62,490 bases of DNA, filler included, from Choristocarpus tenellus KU-1152 (GCA_964200185.2; 11 parts of 11 records of this genome joined end to end with filler, not necessarily neighbours in it); one strand, 5' to 3'; shown: positions 26,261 to 40,540, counted from the first letter of the whole stretch. Notes: generated by a model not told the origin, from the letters alone. Made by a program: numbers and translations.

Positions 26261-28396
26261 GTTTCTTCACTCTTGAAAGGGTCCGTATGAAGTACATTCT
26301 AGGGTATCACCCATCGTGTACAGGGTCGAATTGCCTGGAAACTCACGTCAACTCTCCTAACCCTACCTTGCAAACTCAACTACAAACAGAGATAGATCTT
26401 GCATCATCATCACCACCACCAGCACCTCTACAACTGCCTGCTGGACTACTACATATTAGTACTAAACAATAAAATGTGCATGACTAAATCCAGATCGACA
26501 ATGATAGAGGAGAGAGGGATCTACTATATAGGTGCATTTTTTTCTTGAAGTAGATTCATTGATAGCTTTGTTGTGGTGCTAGGAATAGTGGTAATCTGCA
26601 CGGAGAGATTCAGTGGGCAAGATGCGCTGCACAAAGCACAATTGAGTGATAGTGGGTTAGGAGGAGGTGATACTAGAAGTACTCTTCAACTTGTTACTGT
26701 ACTATCAAAATACGACTGCTACTACTAGTGTGTTCGGAAGCAGTAGTACATTCCTACATATCATGGATACGTTCAAGTTTTGCATTGCTTTGTTGCCTCT
26801 TGGGGTTGATGCACTCCCAGACCACAGATTAGCTAGCTTGTGAGGACTCCCCATAAAAATCGATCATCCTCAGCTATAATTTGTAAAAGTATGATATATA
26901 ATTAATTATATATGTTGTCTACATATACTTATTATTCTTGTCAATGTTCCTAATGGTTGGGTAGTGGGTGGATTGTGATAATGAGCCAAGTCAATTGAGA
27001 GGTTGGGAGGGTTGCATTTTAAGGATCCCAAGAAATGACAAAAATACACCGTTTTGTGCGATTACAGAAAGACTCTTTGCAGAGCTGTGTGTCACACTGT
27101 GTGTGGAAAAGGGGAATGTCGATTATTCGTACACTACTACTCTACACATATACAGCAATGTAATAGGGTGTAATTGCACGGAGTAAGAAAGATGGCTTGG
27201 AATGCGAAAGGGTCTTTTGGTTGTCTCAATGTTTGTTGTGAATTGAGACGATATCATCCACTCGATTCATTTAATTTAAAATGGAGAATTATGTTCGGAG
27301 TATTTTGGTGGCCTTCATCTTGCCTTTGGCGTCTATTATGTACACATTATGTATGATGTTATACAAACGAACACGCTACGAGAGCCAGAAACATCTGTCA
27401 TAGCGCTGCTACTGCCGAATAATGAGTATTGTGAATAAAGATAACCATAATCGATGCATCCTCACAGTAGTAGTATTAGTAGCAGCAGCAGCAGTAGAAT
27501 GCAGGGATTTTGGATTGAATACAGTAGTAGTAGTAAGCAGGGATGAAAAGATACTGACCTAGAGTGTATTACGATGTTTGTAATCTTCCTCTAAGTAAGC
27601 TCTAGCATAACGACGGGAAGACGGAGTATGTGTGTTACATACCATCTGTCTTCTATCGTGAAGGAGAACAATATCCAATGTGACGTATCATACTGAAATT
27701 TAAATATTGCTCGTTCTTTCTTTCTGTTCGGTGGGCCTTCTTGACCCCCCTTCTCTATCGTTAGGGATACTATTTCGCACAACGTTTCACTTCAGTTGTG
27801 TAGTAGTTCCGAGTGTAGTAACCATAAGCGTATGGCGTCCTGACTGCATGCAGCATCGAAGAAAGAAAGCCCAAGCAGGACGAAAGGTTACTGCTGTCTA
27901 CTCTTAACAGGAAAGTATAGGCTAGCAAGAATCACTGGTCTAAGTGAATCATTGGTAACAGAGTCGGGACTTTCCTCCTTCTATAGCGCAAAAGTACAAA
28001 ATTATTAGTTTGAGTAGGGTTCGCTCACCAAAGGAAGCAATTATCTGTCTCCTCCTACTCAACACATCACGATCCTGCGAGGCGCGCTCGTGCATCCCGC
28101 ACGCAAACGTTTCATAATTCTCTATGTAAAACCGACGAGTTCTTTCCTGCGAAGATCCTACCATTCATACTTTGATGAGGAGGGCTTGCGAGTTCTCGGT
28201 CAGCATGAAGTTCCTACTTATTTTTGTCTTTGTGTTCAACTTGTCTTCGCTCGGGAATGCATCGACACCAGTGAGCCAATAGGTCGCTCGTAGTTATTTG
28301 TCGCACCAATCTCACTACAATACTGTCCTGATGATATCACATCTCTCATAAAGATTCTGGCAAAGAGGAGGCCAACACGCATAGTAGGGCAAGTAG

Positions 28397-31300
28397 TCTC
28401 CTAGAATACTTCTCCCTCCACCTTATTCTTCTTATGCCTCGGCGTTCACCTCCCTCATACCTCCCTACTCCTTTCCTTTCATTTCCACCACTACCACACC
28501 AAATCGGAATCGGCATTATGATGGTGGGTCACGGCGGGGAGTCAAGGCATCCATATCATCCAAGGCTGAGCGCCTATTCTGTGGCAAGCCCAAGACTTGC
28601 CAAGGTGAAGGTGTAAGGGCCTCGTGGATGGTAGTGCGAAAGTCTAAGCTCCACTGCCGTGCTCCCATCTGCCCAGAAGACATCTCCCCAGAAGTTTCAT
28701 TTTCGGTGAGCTACGAGTAGGGAATGTATCGAGTAAGTCAGTACCTCCAATATTCAGCACTCACGTTATAGCTTGGACTGTTTTCTTCTTGAACTTGCTC
28801 CTTACTGTTTGTACGAGGTATAACTAATCAATTAGTTACTTGACTGAATATTTCAGCCCATCATAATATGAACTCACCACACTATTAATAGAACAATATG
28901 AGGCAATGGATAGATAAAAAGCGCCATCCCATGCTCGAAATTTCATGTAGTGGCTGAGATCATTTGCTTTGGGGCTGTCTTGTCTGTTTTTGGCATATAT
29001 ACCCAGTCCCTTTCACCATTGATCAAGATCAATTTCCCTTTTTATCGCGTTATGAACTGCAAATATCTGCATATCCTCACTTGCTGTCTCTATTAACTGC
29101 TATAAAATGGGCTGCTAGTCGATTCAAAAGTGATCACTGGCTTTCTTTTACGTTTTCACTTTTAACTCTTATCACTATCTGGATTTTTCCTCCCATTTTC
29201 GCGCTATTATTAGGTGTCAAATCGAATTCATATCTTGAAAATTCAGGTAATATTCCTCTTGATCAGGGATTGCTTTTACCCCCTTTCCAAAGTAATGAAA
29301 ATGCCGTGCGTTGTTTTAGCTCACTTCTCTTGTGGTCATTGTTATGATGGTAGTTTTCCCCTTGTATGCTCTGAATGGAGATAATATTTTCCAATAGAAA
29401 GCATGCAACCAAAACTCTCCAAAACCTTCTTAGTGAAGGGATTTATTTGGTCGACTTTCTCTCTATCAAATTTTTCGTCGAGTTATTCAAATGGATGTGT
29501 TGGATTTTTTTTCATTTTAGATGTTGTTGTATCAGTTACATTAGTTCTACTTAAGGTCATAACAGAGCTTAGCCAACATTGAAAACTAGCAATAATCTGT
29601 ATTTTAGATAAACTGTCTATGGTACTGTGGGAAAGGATATATCTGTATTAGTTCCTATAGTCATGGGTGTTATTGCTGTGATTGATTATTTATATCAAAG
29701 TTATAAACATATCGCAAAACTAGTAATAATGAGGAAATTAGAAGTCCAAGATGAATACAAACAAAAGATATTGTATCCCTGAAATAATACAAGATCCAGA
29801 GCTTAAATGAGGAGAACAAACAACTCAGAGTCGAAGTAAACGGGAGATACCCAGGATTGCATTTGAAGGAAGTTGACAATTTTGTACAAAATTCGACCTT
29901 TTGTTAAAATGCGGTTACTAGGAACTTTTATAAATCATGTCCATTTTTTTTTAACAATTGAGAAATCAACAGTCTCATGTCAATCTTGGCACTCCAACCA
30001 TAAAAATAAGGACAAAGTGCAAAAGATGAAAAGTGGCTTAAAATGAAAAACGGCCAAAACCTGGGTACATCTCTCTTTTACTTTGAGAGTCAAAGTATCT
30101 TAGAGGGTAGAGGCGCGTCTGTTTGGGGGCCAAAATCCAATGTTGCAATTTTGATGTAATTTTGGCTATCGTGTTTGTTAGGAAGTGTCGATATCCTTGT
30201 TCCGGACACACCTTTTCATAACGTACACATTTTACCCACTCCAAAATAGTTTCGGAGTAGGCAAAATGTCATAAAAACCCGGTAGGAAGCCGAACCCCAA
30301 ATGGACAAACAGGGCAAAACTCGTACCCTCTAAGATACTTTCACTCTTGACTCTCAAATCGGATTAAGCTTATTGTACCACAAGCAACAGTTAATGTAAC
30401 CAACTCAATCCAGAACACTGTGTCGATGCTCCAAAATACGATTTTTTAGTCTTGCAGCACTACTAGCATGAGTAACAAAAGGTTTTATCTAATATCGCAG
30501 AGCATCAAGGGAACACAAAAAGGACATGACATCCCACTTATAGAAAATCTCTGTCTTGCACATAATTTACATATTAAAGATGTCGAGATAGGCAAGGAAA
30601 TAAATAGTCACTGATTATTTTGAAGTAGCTAACGTTGTTTATTAAATAAAACCCAATGTGAAAAACCAAAAATAATCTGGAACATAGAATGGTAAAAAGA
30701 AAAAAATGTCATCACCCTGTGCACTCCCTCCAGTCCTTATATTTAGAACAAGAAATTAAAAGCATCAAAAACCTCGTGCAGATATGATACATGCTGATGC
30801 AATGGATGCATGTATTGTATTGAATCTAACATTTGTACCTCCAGTAATAAAAAGTTATTGTCTTCCTTTTCATGTACATTTGATTATTGAAACTCCAGAA
30901 AGTTACTAAAATGTATGTACATGGATTGCTGGTGCTGATATTATCACTATCAATCAGGAAACTACAGAGCATCTACACACAGAGTTAATACTAAAATGAA
31001 GAAACTTGACATTACATCCAGCATTTTGTTACTGCCTACCACCTCAACAATCATAGTCCGGACTACACTACTATAATGTTAATAACATTAGTTGATCCTA
31101 GTAATGGCATTTGATCCAGGCTTTGACTGGAAAAAAATCCTGCAGACTCAGCTTGGCAAAATATCTAAACTTGCAGAACATGCATATAGCGGAGATACAT
31201 CACTAGCCATAGATGATGGGACTAATTATTACATAGGTGTGAGTTATGCATTTAAAGTTGGAGTCAATATGTCAATCTCCGGAAAGTGCATATTTAATGT

Positions 31301-34300
31301 GAGTATGAAAATCATAAAGACATAGTAAAGAAAGTCAAGTAGCGTGAAATTATGTTCTAAATTTGACATACGTTGCCACTTACAACTTCCAGTAAAACCG
31401 TCATTAGGTTCACAATCTAACACCAATTTTCTTCTCTTCCAAACGGATTTATAAATATTTATTAGGGATTTGCACAATACACAAGACAGAGAAAATGCTT
31501 GGGACTATAGTTTCTTGGAAACATTGTTGAAGACTACATTATTACTGTAGCAATATTTACAAAGAAAAGGATGAAGTCGTAATGCTACAAAGTCCTTAGC
31601 AAGAACTTGAACAGCAATAACTTAGTTCTATATTATGCAAGGCATGTAGGCCAATGTGTGCACCCAATTTCCATTCAAATTGGTGTGATACTAAAAAGGA
31701 TTCTACTGTCAAAAAAAAAACTGAGCTAATGGTAAGGGCAGCGTATTAATGTGATGAATTTTACAATATTCCAAGGGAGGACCCCTGCAAGTTTTTTGTG
31801 GCTATGATCCTGTATGTTATAGAGTACGTATGGACTGGTCAGTCGAATCACCCATCTCATTTAGTTACTTTTCCCCTTGAAAAGAGGAAGGCATGTTGGG
31901 GTACTGTCAAGGTACAGAGTAGTACTGAAAATGTGTTTTTTTTACCCTATCTTGCTTTCCTCAAGGTATTGACAGCAACATGAACGATTCTACTATCATG
32001 ATGTTGAGGTACATAGTTGAGATAGACAAGAAGAGGAATAGTTGATAATACGACAATACCAGCAGAAACTCAACTCAATGAGACTTCAGGAGGGAGAGAT
32101 AAGGTCTCATTTTGTGTAGCCCAAAGCTACTAAAAGAGAACGATCCATACATGCATACAAGTACAATGTTCATACTAGCGTCTCACATGAACAGAACAAA
32201 TTGCGATCCCCAATGGACTGTTTTGGTTTGCCAGTTGTTGTTTCTCTTTTTTTCATATTAATTTTCCAGATTAACGCCAGTTTCGAATTAAAAGGCTTAT
32301 AATTCCTGAATTTGAAGAAGAGATTTAATAGAAGGNNNNNNNNNNTACAAGTATTGGTAAATATGGACCTATTAATTTTATAAATTGTGGCAATAACTGA
32401 CAACTTGAAAATCACGTTGAGAGTATGTCTGTCTAGAGTTAGTTTAGTCACTTTCCCTATTCACCAACTCCAACAATATCCACAGAGGTCTACAGAGGTG
32501 CAACAAGTATCAAAGCTTATGCTGCATTTAATCTACTGATACCATTCTCTCTTGCAGGTCAACTCCCACTGTAACAGAATTATTTTGAATCTGTCCCTCT
32601 AACTCACGCTATCTATTAGTACTTACTCATTTTTCCATTGTTGATACACCTCTCATCTTCTACAGGCCAAAACCACCACACATTACAATGATGAGGATGA
32701 CCAGGTAGCCCTGGAGGTGTCAGGTGGAGTTGTTAAGGGGGTTATGGTCAACAATACTGCAGTGGTGGTATTGAAGAAGGGTGGCTTGACTTCAAAGGTA
32801 AGATTTTATTCCCTCAGTCACTCCAAAAAGGAGGGGATCTTCAGTGGAATGGACATCCATCGTTAAATAGTGTCCTAATCATTCATCTTAGTGATGAGAT
32901 CTGGTGAATTTTTTTCCGGTAGATGTCACAACTGGTAATCTTGTAAGTGTTTTTCTGTGGAGCACCTTGAGGTTTCACTGTGGTGAGATAGGATGAGGGC
33001 AGATACCAGATGTTAAATCAAATCCTATAAATCTTATTGATCCAGCTGTACGGTGGCAGGAGGATATCATTAATACCCTGTATACCTCCTATTTTCTGAG
33101 GTGTAAAGAGTCAATCGTCTCCATCGTTATTCCTAGGGCAGGAATGTAACAGGTCAGGTCATATTGAGGACAGATGTCACCATGAAAAGCAAGATGGGAA
33201 CTCTCGAGAAGGTGCATCAGTGAGTGGGAGGTACTAGTGGTCTGGTGCTGTTCCATCTTCACCATATCTTCTTCAAAAAAAATGAAACAAAAGGTAGATC
33301 GCCATCTCCTCTCCATTACTCACTCTGCCTGACCCAAGTGTTCTCATCATCTACTCACAGGGTCGGAGTATAAGAGAGGTAATACGATCATTGTTGGGCA
33401 AGCTCTTCTGTGGTCCCCGCAAACCTTGCGAGCAGAAGGGTCTCAATGGTACATGGACTATTCTTCCAGAGCCCCACTGGGAGAGCATATCAGTTTGTCC
33501 TGAAGAAACCGCCCTCACCATCTGGGCAGGACGCACCCAGGCGAGCAACATGTCATACTCAGTGGAACCGCCTCATCAAGTTCTGCAGCTCTCGCACACA
33601 CCTTGGCTCGGATGTTTAACCCTGCGCACCATTGTCATTTTATTCGTATGTAGCTTCCGAGGTTAATAGAATTACGCTTGTATTTGAGCCAATCATGCTT
33701 GATGAACTGTTTTGTACCATAATGTCTTGAGCTTCATGGACACAGTTTACTGGTTAAAGTACAAAGACAGTATCAATCTATACTCAGGTAAACTCACATA
33801 ACCAGTACTTCAGCTCCTTTCCCTTCATAAGAAGTAGGCATATTCTCTGCAGCATTGGGCTTCCACACTTCTCAATTTTCTGGAGGGTCACTAATTTGTG
33901 TTTGTGTTACCTACTACCTGGACTATGTACCTGGATACCCATGTCTTCCATCTGTGGCATTTTGAACCAGGCGCAGCCACTTGGAGTAGTGCTGTAGAAA
34001 ACTCTTTTTATAGTACTTGTGATTTGACGCCCTTGGGAATACCTTTTACACATGATCACCCTCTTGCCCAAGAAGTGCATCACTCCTTTGTCAATATTCG
34101 CAAGTAAAGTAGAGGCAGTTGCAGAGATATTTCTTCATCACTTCAGTTCTCCCAGCCCCCATGTGGCATTGCCGTGATCATGGTATTTTGCAGAGGTATT
34201 GGCTCAATGAAGAGCTAGGTGGATGGTACATACCCTACTCAAGCATCTCCGCCATGCATTCATTTTCCCTCCAGATACTTCAAATCCATATTAAGATGGT

Positions 34301-35810
34301 TTCAGCAATGTGAGTAAGTCCCACACTAGACATGTAGTTTTGAACCCCTGTAGGAGAAATAATCTTGATTCAACTGGCAATACACTCATTGGCGATTACA
34401 TGCTCATGATCCTGCCTTTTGAAACATACAACATGCAGGTGCCCAGGAGGCCCCAAGTGCAGCAGCTTCTGCTTGACCAATGGCGACAGATTGCATCAAC
34501 CCGGGAGGCATTGAGAGTCCTGGAAATGGACCTGCTCATCGCCGATGAGCTTGTCACTAATGGGCGGCATGAGGTGAGCATTATAATGCTTTGATAATTC
34601 CTGATTTTCTTCAATTTCGCTATAAAAAACACTTCAAAGCACAAGAGGAGAAAACGGAAAAGGCTATATAACAGGACAGGTAAACCTCAGTCTCGTATAA
34701 TCTTAGAAGTTCCAGTTAGAACTCAAATATCTTCTGAAGATGGGAATCTACTAAATTATGATTTTATAAAAGATCAGGAGGAATTCAAAATTTTGGAAGG
34801 TGCGAAAGTAGGCCTTAGAAATAGTAATTATATATCTTCTACCAATCAAGCACCACGTAAACGAACTGAAGGAGACAGTTAGAGAAAAATGAACGTTTTT
34901 CTAAAACTCAAATTGCTATCAGATGCCAGTCTTACGCATTTTATAATTTTATCTTCTTCACCAGCTAATACAACAAATGAACGTCAAGAAAAAAAACTTT
35001 ATAATAATACTAAACATTATTGCTTTCAGGTAGATACAAACTTAATGTTATCAAGTCACTCTGATATATACAAGAGGAATTTCACCCCATAAAAACACTT
35101 ATGTTGAATCTTCAATGATTTGCACCTTAGGTGTCAACTGCCCTTTAGGCCTAGTACGAGATATATACTTGCTCCAAATATTCTCTACACTGTTGATCAA
35201 TATATTTCCAAATTATTTATTTATTAAATTTAAATGTTATGCCACATTCAACTTGCCACTGTGTGCCTGGTCGAAGGTTTGAACAATGTATAAGTTGTAA
35301 TACATAGCCATGAGGCTCTGGACTGCTTACTCTAGCCTCTACTCTGCAAATTTATCTTGTTTCATTTCTCCTCCCTTTTTCCTCAGAGGGAGCACTTGAC
35401 TGCAAAGCTGGCAGACATGTTGGTGATGCTGAGAGCGTCTGAGGTATGACCTCCTCCATGCAACATGTATTCAGTCAGCCAAATTGGTGTGTGCAAAAAG
35501 TACAACAGCATGGTAAATCTCCTTGTATTCTGCTGTTTGTTGCGTACACAGAACGTGGGGTGGGGCTTTTGAAGGACAAGGCATCTGATAAAAGCAGAAG
35601 GTTCTGGTCATTCCACCGCCTTTGCATTTCTCTTCTTGTGGACCTTTGGTTCCTGCTTATTCTTGATCCTGCACTCTATGAACTACTGGAAAGATTGGCA
35701 GAGCTTGCCAACAAACTGGAGGCATGCCAGCCAAATGCACAAGAGCAAGTCCAAATGTTTGAGATGGAGAAGAGGAGGTACATGGAGGCTGCATCCAGTG
35801 AAAAGGAGAG
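28397..35810 (+). CDS. Hypothetical multi-exon protein with two Cys-containing repeats and a coiled-coil region (partial)
   Basis: Candidate exons ~28400-28705, 32666-32797, 33361-33525, 34439-34573, 35387-35443, ~35690-35810. The middle four are open, phase 0 and have pyrimidine-rich acceptors; the first and last boundaries are uncertain. Confidence 0.5.
30087..30346. mobile_element. MITE family A, intact 260-bp copy with TTGA target-site duplication (Sola2-like)
   Basis: ttga|GAGTCAAAGTATCTTAGAGGGTA...TACCCTCTAAGATACTTTCACTC|ttga. Confidence 0.92.
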
Positions 35811-36116
35811 GTGACTGACATAAGGGGGTGGTGTTGCTGCCCAACAAGTAGCTGGGGTGCATGGAATGCATGAGTCCTTGTCAACATGTAAACCTAGATC
35901 GAGCATAAAACGGTCATACTGCAGTATGTCTGCACAATCCTTAATGTGGTCTATGATGATGTACTCCTTGCACCTATGTTGTGTTTTTTTGCAAAAAAAC
36001 ACAACATAGGTGCTCTGCTATCGTTTTCGTTCATGTAGATTTTTTGGTGCTGAAGATAACCTACTTCTCTGTAATTAAGGGCATGAAAAGATAATTCCAC
36101 TATATTGGGTACCCTT

Positions 36117-36351
36117 GAGTGAAAGTATCTTAGAGGGTACCATTTTTGTCCTGTTTGTCCATTTGGGACTTGGCTTCCCATGGATTTTCTTACGACATTT
36201 CCCTACTCCAAAATGTTTAGGGGTAGGTAAAGTGTATACATTATGAAAAGGTGCGTCCAGAAGATGGATATTGACACTTCCTGACAAACACGACAGCCAA
36301 AATCACATCAAAATCACAACATTGGATGCCCCAAAATGGACACGACTCTGT
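36117..36351. mobile_element. MITE family A copy truncated by the contig end; further partial copies at 39788-39837, 48841-48900 and 49001-49173
   Basis: gagtgaaagtatcttagagggtac terminus plus body. Confidence 0.88.
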
Positions 36352-37245
36352 NNNNNNNNNNNNNNNNNNNNNNNNNNNNNNNNNNNNNNNNNNNNTTAAT
36401 TAATTAANNNNNNNNNNNNNNNNNNNNNNNNNNNNNNNNNNNNNNNNNNNNACCCCCTCCCAGATACTTTGAGCCAACTGGTTGAATTTTTGTTCTCTAC
36501 CCATTTTTCGCAGGGCTGGTTCCTTGTGGATCTTGTGTCCCTTATGCCATGGGATCTTCTGGTGGAGGTGTATGAAGGGCATGCCTCTGCAGCAAGGCAG
36601 GAGCAGTAGGAGTAAAAAGAAGATGCGCTGACTTTTCATTCCGTCCATTTCAATTATGCGTATTGTCGGCTTTGGCACAGGTAGCCTGTAGGTTTTCAAC
36701 CCTCTCAAGGTTAGTCGACACCCCCAATCGCTCTGAAGCACTTCAGTTGCACCTCAACCCATACGTGAAACTTCAAAGCGTAACATCTTGCTGGTTTAAT
36801 TACTAAAGCATTGTTGGTTCAGGTTTCATTTGTCCTCAACGAAGGGGGTCAATATAATCTCGTTGCATCCACATTGGCATTGCCTTTGATTCAAACATTC
36901 CTTATGTGAGTCCATTGAGGTATTGCCATGTTACTTCAGCATTTTCTTAAAACGTCCATTGGGCATGGGTATGTGTTGAGTGATGGGGGCAACATATCGG
37001 CTCTTCAACAGTTGGAATAGTGGGCTCAACTCTGACTAGTGTGTGGCTGCTGTGGGAAAACATTCATGTCCTTGTGGTTTCAACACAGGTGACGTTCAAA
37101 TTTAAGTTGGACTGCTACTAATGTGGAGCTGTGGGTGTGTACTCTCTTGCCATTTCAACAATGGACCGACAACTACAACCATACAAAGTACATGTATTTA
37201 GACATCCTCTTACATCGCCATAACTATGCATACCCAACATTTCAG

Positions 37246-39593
37246 GTCAACAAAACTTGTTCGGGTGTTCCGACTTGTGCGGCTTGTGAAACTTGCACGC
37301 CTCCTCAAGATCAGCATCTTATTTGATGACTTTGAGAACTCTTGGATGGGGCCATCAGGCGTCCGCCTCAGCAAGCTTCTCTTATTCATGTTCTTCTCAG
37401 CCCACCTAAATGCCTGCATGTGGTGAAGCTTTTACTAATATACATATTTTTTCTGAGGGTTTTGGAGGGAAGAATGGAGTTGCATGACAAGAAGAGTTGA
37501 TGAGGTCCACGAATTTCAAGTTCAAGGGCATGGCACAGAGGCTCGTCCAGTAGCAGTCTTCTTTACTCTGTTCTATTGAGTCAGAAATCTAATCGCTTGC
37601 TCAAAGTAATCGATGCGTGTCCAACTTAATTGCCTTTTCACTTTGCTAATTCTTGTCCTCTCTCTCCCTCTGATGTGGGTTCAATAATTCCTTCTTTTTT
37701 TTCACTCCATATTTCATTTCCCTTGAATGGGGGGATGGAATATCACAGCCCCCCCACTGCAACCAATCAACCCTTATCCACAGTTGCACATCGTGCGGTG
37801 TCATTGCACCTATTTCTTCCCTCTCTGGTACTGTTCTTACCTAACCCAATCTGTTCTTGTTGGGTCGATTTCTTTGACCCTTGATAAAGGTTTGCAGCAG
37901 GGATTCACTCAGAGTCAGCTGAGAACAACTGGATCACAGAATATTGCCCTGATGACGGAACTCACACGGCTTGCATCGAGAATGCTCAAGCATTCTTCCT
38001 CTACCTGGCTGCTTTATATTACGCCTTCACCACAATGACCACTGTTGGGTATGGCGACATCACACCCAATAGGTGAGATCTATTTCCTCCACCTCCTAAA
38101 TATCACGTTGTTTCTGGTGCTCTGTCCTTGAATGCAAAAAAACAGAGTTGGTTGCAGGTTAGTCTGCAGTGCAGTGTTGAATGTGAAGGGATCCAACAGT
38201 GGCATAGTACAGTCAGCTTACACTGTCAACCAACCTCCCAACATGCCAATGTTCGATCAGTGGCAATGTTTGATATCTCGTTAAAATCGGCAATCCATCA
38301 ACATCTCTGTTGACTCAGCTACGTGGCTTCAGGCACTTTGTTTTTGCCTGAGCACTCATTCCAGGCTCGAGTTCTTGGAGGTTGTCCGCCAAGGAAAAAA
38401 GGTTTTCGTTCTTGGTTGTTGCCTGTCAATTTCCTCCTCCTAGCTCTCACTGCATGAAATAATGCAATACTATGCCTACCCCCATCTCGTAAACAAATTT
38501 GACCACAATATCATCTGCTCCCTCTGCTTCAATTAGGCACTCTACCATAGAGATTGTGGTCGCCATCATCTCCCAAGTAATAGGCACAACTGTATTTGCC
38601 TGGGTTATAGGAAACCTTGTCAACCTTGTGCTGAACATGGACCCTTCAGAACGCAACCGGAAGAACATGATGGGGTACCTCAACGAGTACCTGCGTGGGT
38701 TTCCACTTGGTCCGCAGGCGAAGAAAAGTGTCAAGAGGAACTACGCCTATCATATGAAGGCGTGTGTGTACTACTTCCTTGCACCAAGTCTGCTGCCAAT
38801 ACCAAATGCCCATGTTTTAGAATGCATGCTTTGCGGTACTCGGAGTAGTAGTGACAATAGTTGTCCACATTTACATCATTGGCTGCCACCTTGATTGCAA
38901 CTCGTACAGTCACTTTGGAGGTAGGCCCATGACATGACAGTATGTATGGGTATGGCCACGTCAGTTTTAATTGTGGCATACCAACGCAGTCGTGTCGATG
39001 GCAAGACAGAAAAGAATTAGATAGGTAATACTTCTTAGAATGTTTGTTGTTGTAATTGGTTTTATTGGTAGTTTTCCTTAGTACTGATTGATGTTATGAC
39101 GAGATTGAGGGGGTAGGAGGTGTTGCGGGGTGGAATGGTCCTATTGACTGTTTGGGGATCTCATTGGTGTAAGGACTGAATTCGAAACAATATTCTGACC
39201 CCCTCAATTATATGTAATTATTCTGTACACTAAGTAGTATTATTACTGTATTTCATTGTGATTTCTATGCTCTATAATTACTACTCCAGAGCACCACGCA
39301 GGTATTGCTATTGTATAATTATGACTGTCTCATAGTTAATACTACATCTCATAATTATTTCTGTTTCATCTTGTTACTACTATCTTACCATAAAAAAATC
39401 GTCTTACTACTTGTAGTACTAAGCTTAATATCTACTTTTTAGTAGAGCAAATCTTTTGACACGATTCGACTCACTTTTTTTTTGTTCGTTTTTTTTCCTC
39501 TTTCACCTCATGCCCCACCTGGCGCTCTAGGTCCACAGTGTGTTCAATCAGGCAGCGATCCTTAAGGACCTGGTGCCACACCTACAAAACCAG
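37246..39593 (+). CDS. Voltage-sensor potassium channel of the cyclic-nucleotide-binding-domain (EAG/HCN/CNG-like) class, internal exons
   Basis: Exons 37246-37422, 37890-38072, 38537-38759 (or 38765), 39531-39593. They encode S4 KLVRVFRLVRLVKLARLLK, S5 HLNACMW, pore YYAFTTMTTVGYGDITP, S6 and C-linker LNEYLR...SVFNQAAILKDL. Confidence 0.93.
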
Positions 39594-40540
39594 GTGCAAC
39601 GTAAAGTGTACATCTAAGCCTTGATAATATAACACATCAACACCATCAATCACCCCAACACTTGGGTCAAAGTATCTGGGAGGGAGGNNNNNNNNNNNNN
39701 NNNNNNNNNNNNNNNNNNNNNNNNNNNNNNNTTAATTAATTAANNNNNNNNNNNNNNNNNNNNNNNNNNNNNNNNNNNNNNNNNNNNATTTTAGCCCTCA
39801 AATGGACGCGGCTCTACCCTCTAAGATACTTTGGCTCCTTGATACTAGAAATTGAAAGCATTGGTCATCGTTCAAGTCACCGGTAGTCACCCTGTTACAG
39901 TTTGTTCTAGTGTAATGTATAGGTTATATGGATGACGCAATTGGTTGTAGGATTGGTTGAAAATTTGGGCAGAGAGTGGAGGCACTGTCAGAACTCTGGC
40001 TCACAGCTCGTGCTAAGATTGAGGGCATGATAATATTACATAACAAGTGCATTCTGTTGGCTCACTGTAAATAATGGGCTACTCTGTTGGTGGCAATGTT
40101 GCTCTGTATTGATAGGTACTTGTGCTGTTGTGCCCTGTAACCCCCCCCTCTTATTCTTGTCATCATTCTTGTGATTCTTTGAAAAGTAAAGTGTGGCTAT
40201 AAATTTAATTCGTCATCTGTCCTAACATTTACATCAGTTCTATCGGTGTTACAAAGCGGAGTGCTATTTACCTTATCTGTGCTCATGCTTTTCATAGATG
40301 CATGCACCTATGAGTGGAGAGTGACCCCGAAATGCATGGTGATTTGTTAGTGGCTACCAGCTGGTCAGCCCCTAGTCAATTTTGAAACAGGAGGTGGTAA
40401 CAGTAATGTAGAGATGACTTGACAGAGAGGAGAAGTGCACCCTGCAGTAACTGTGGCACACAGGGTGTAGAATTATGGGCAGAGAAAAGGCAAGTGGCAA
40501 GGCAAGCTGTTCTAGCTGGAGTTGAGGGGGGGAGGGTTGA

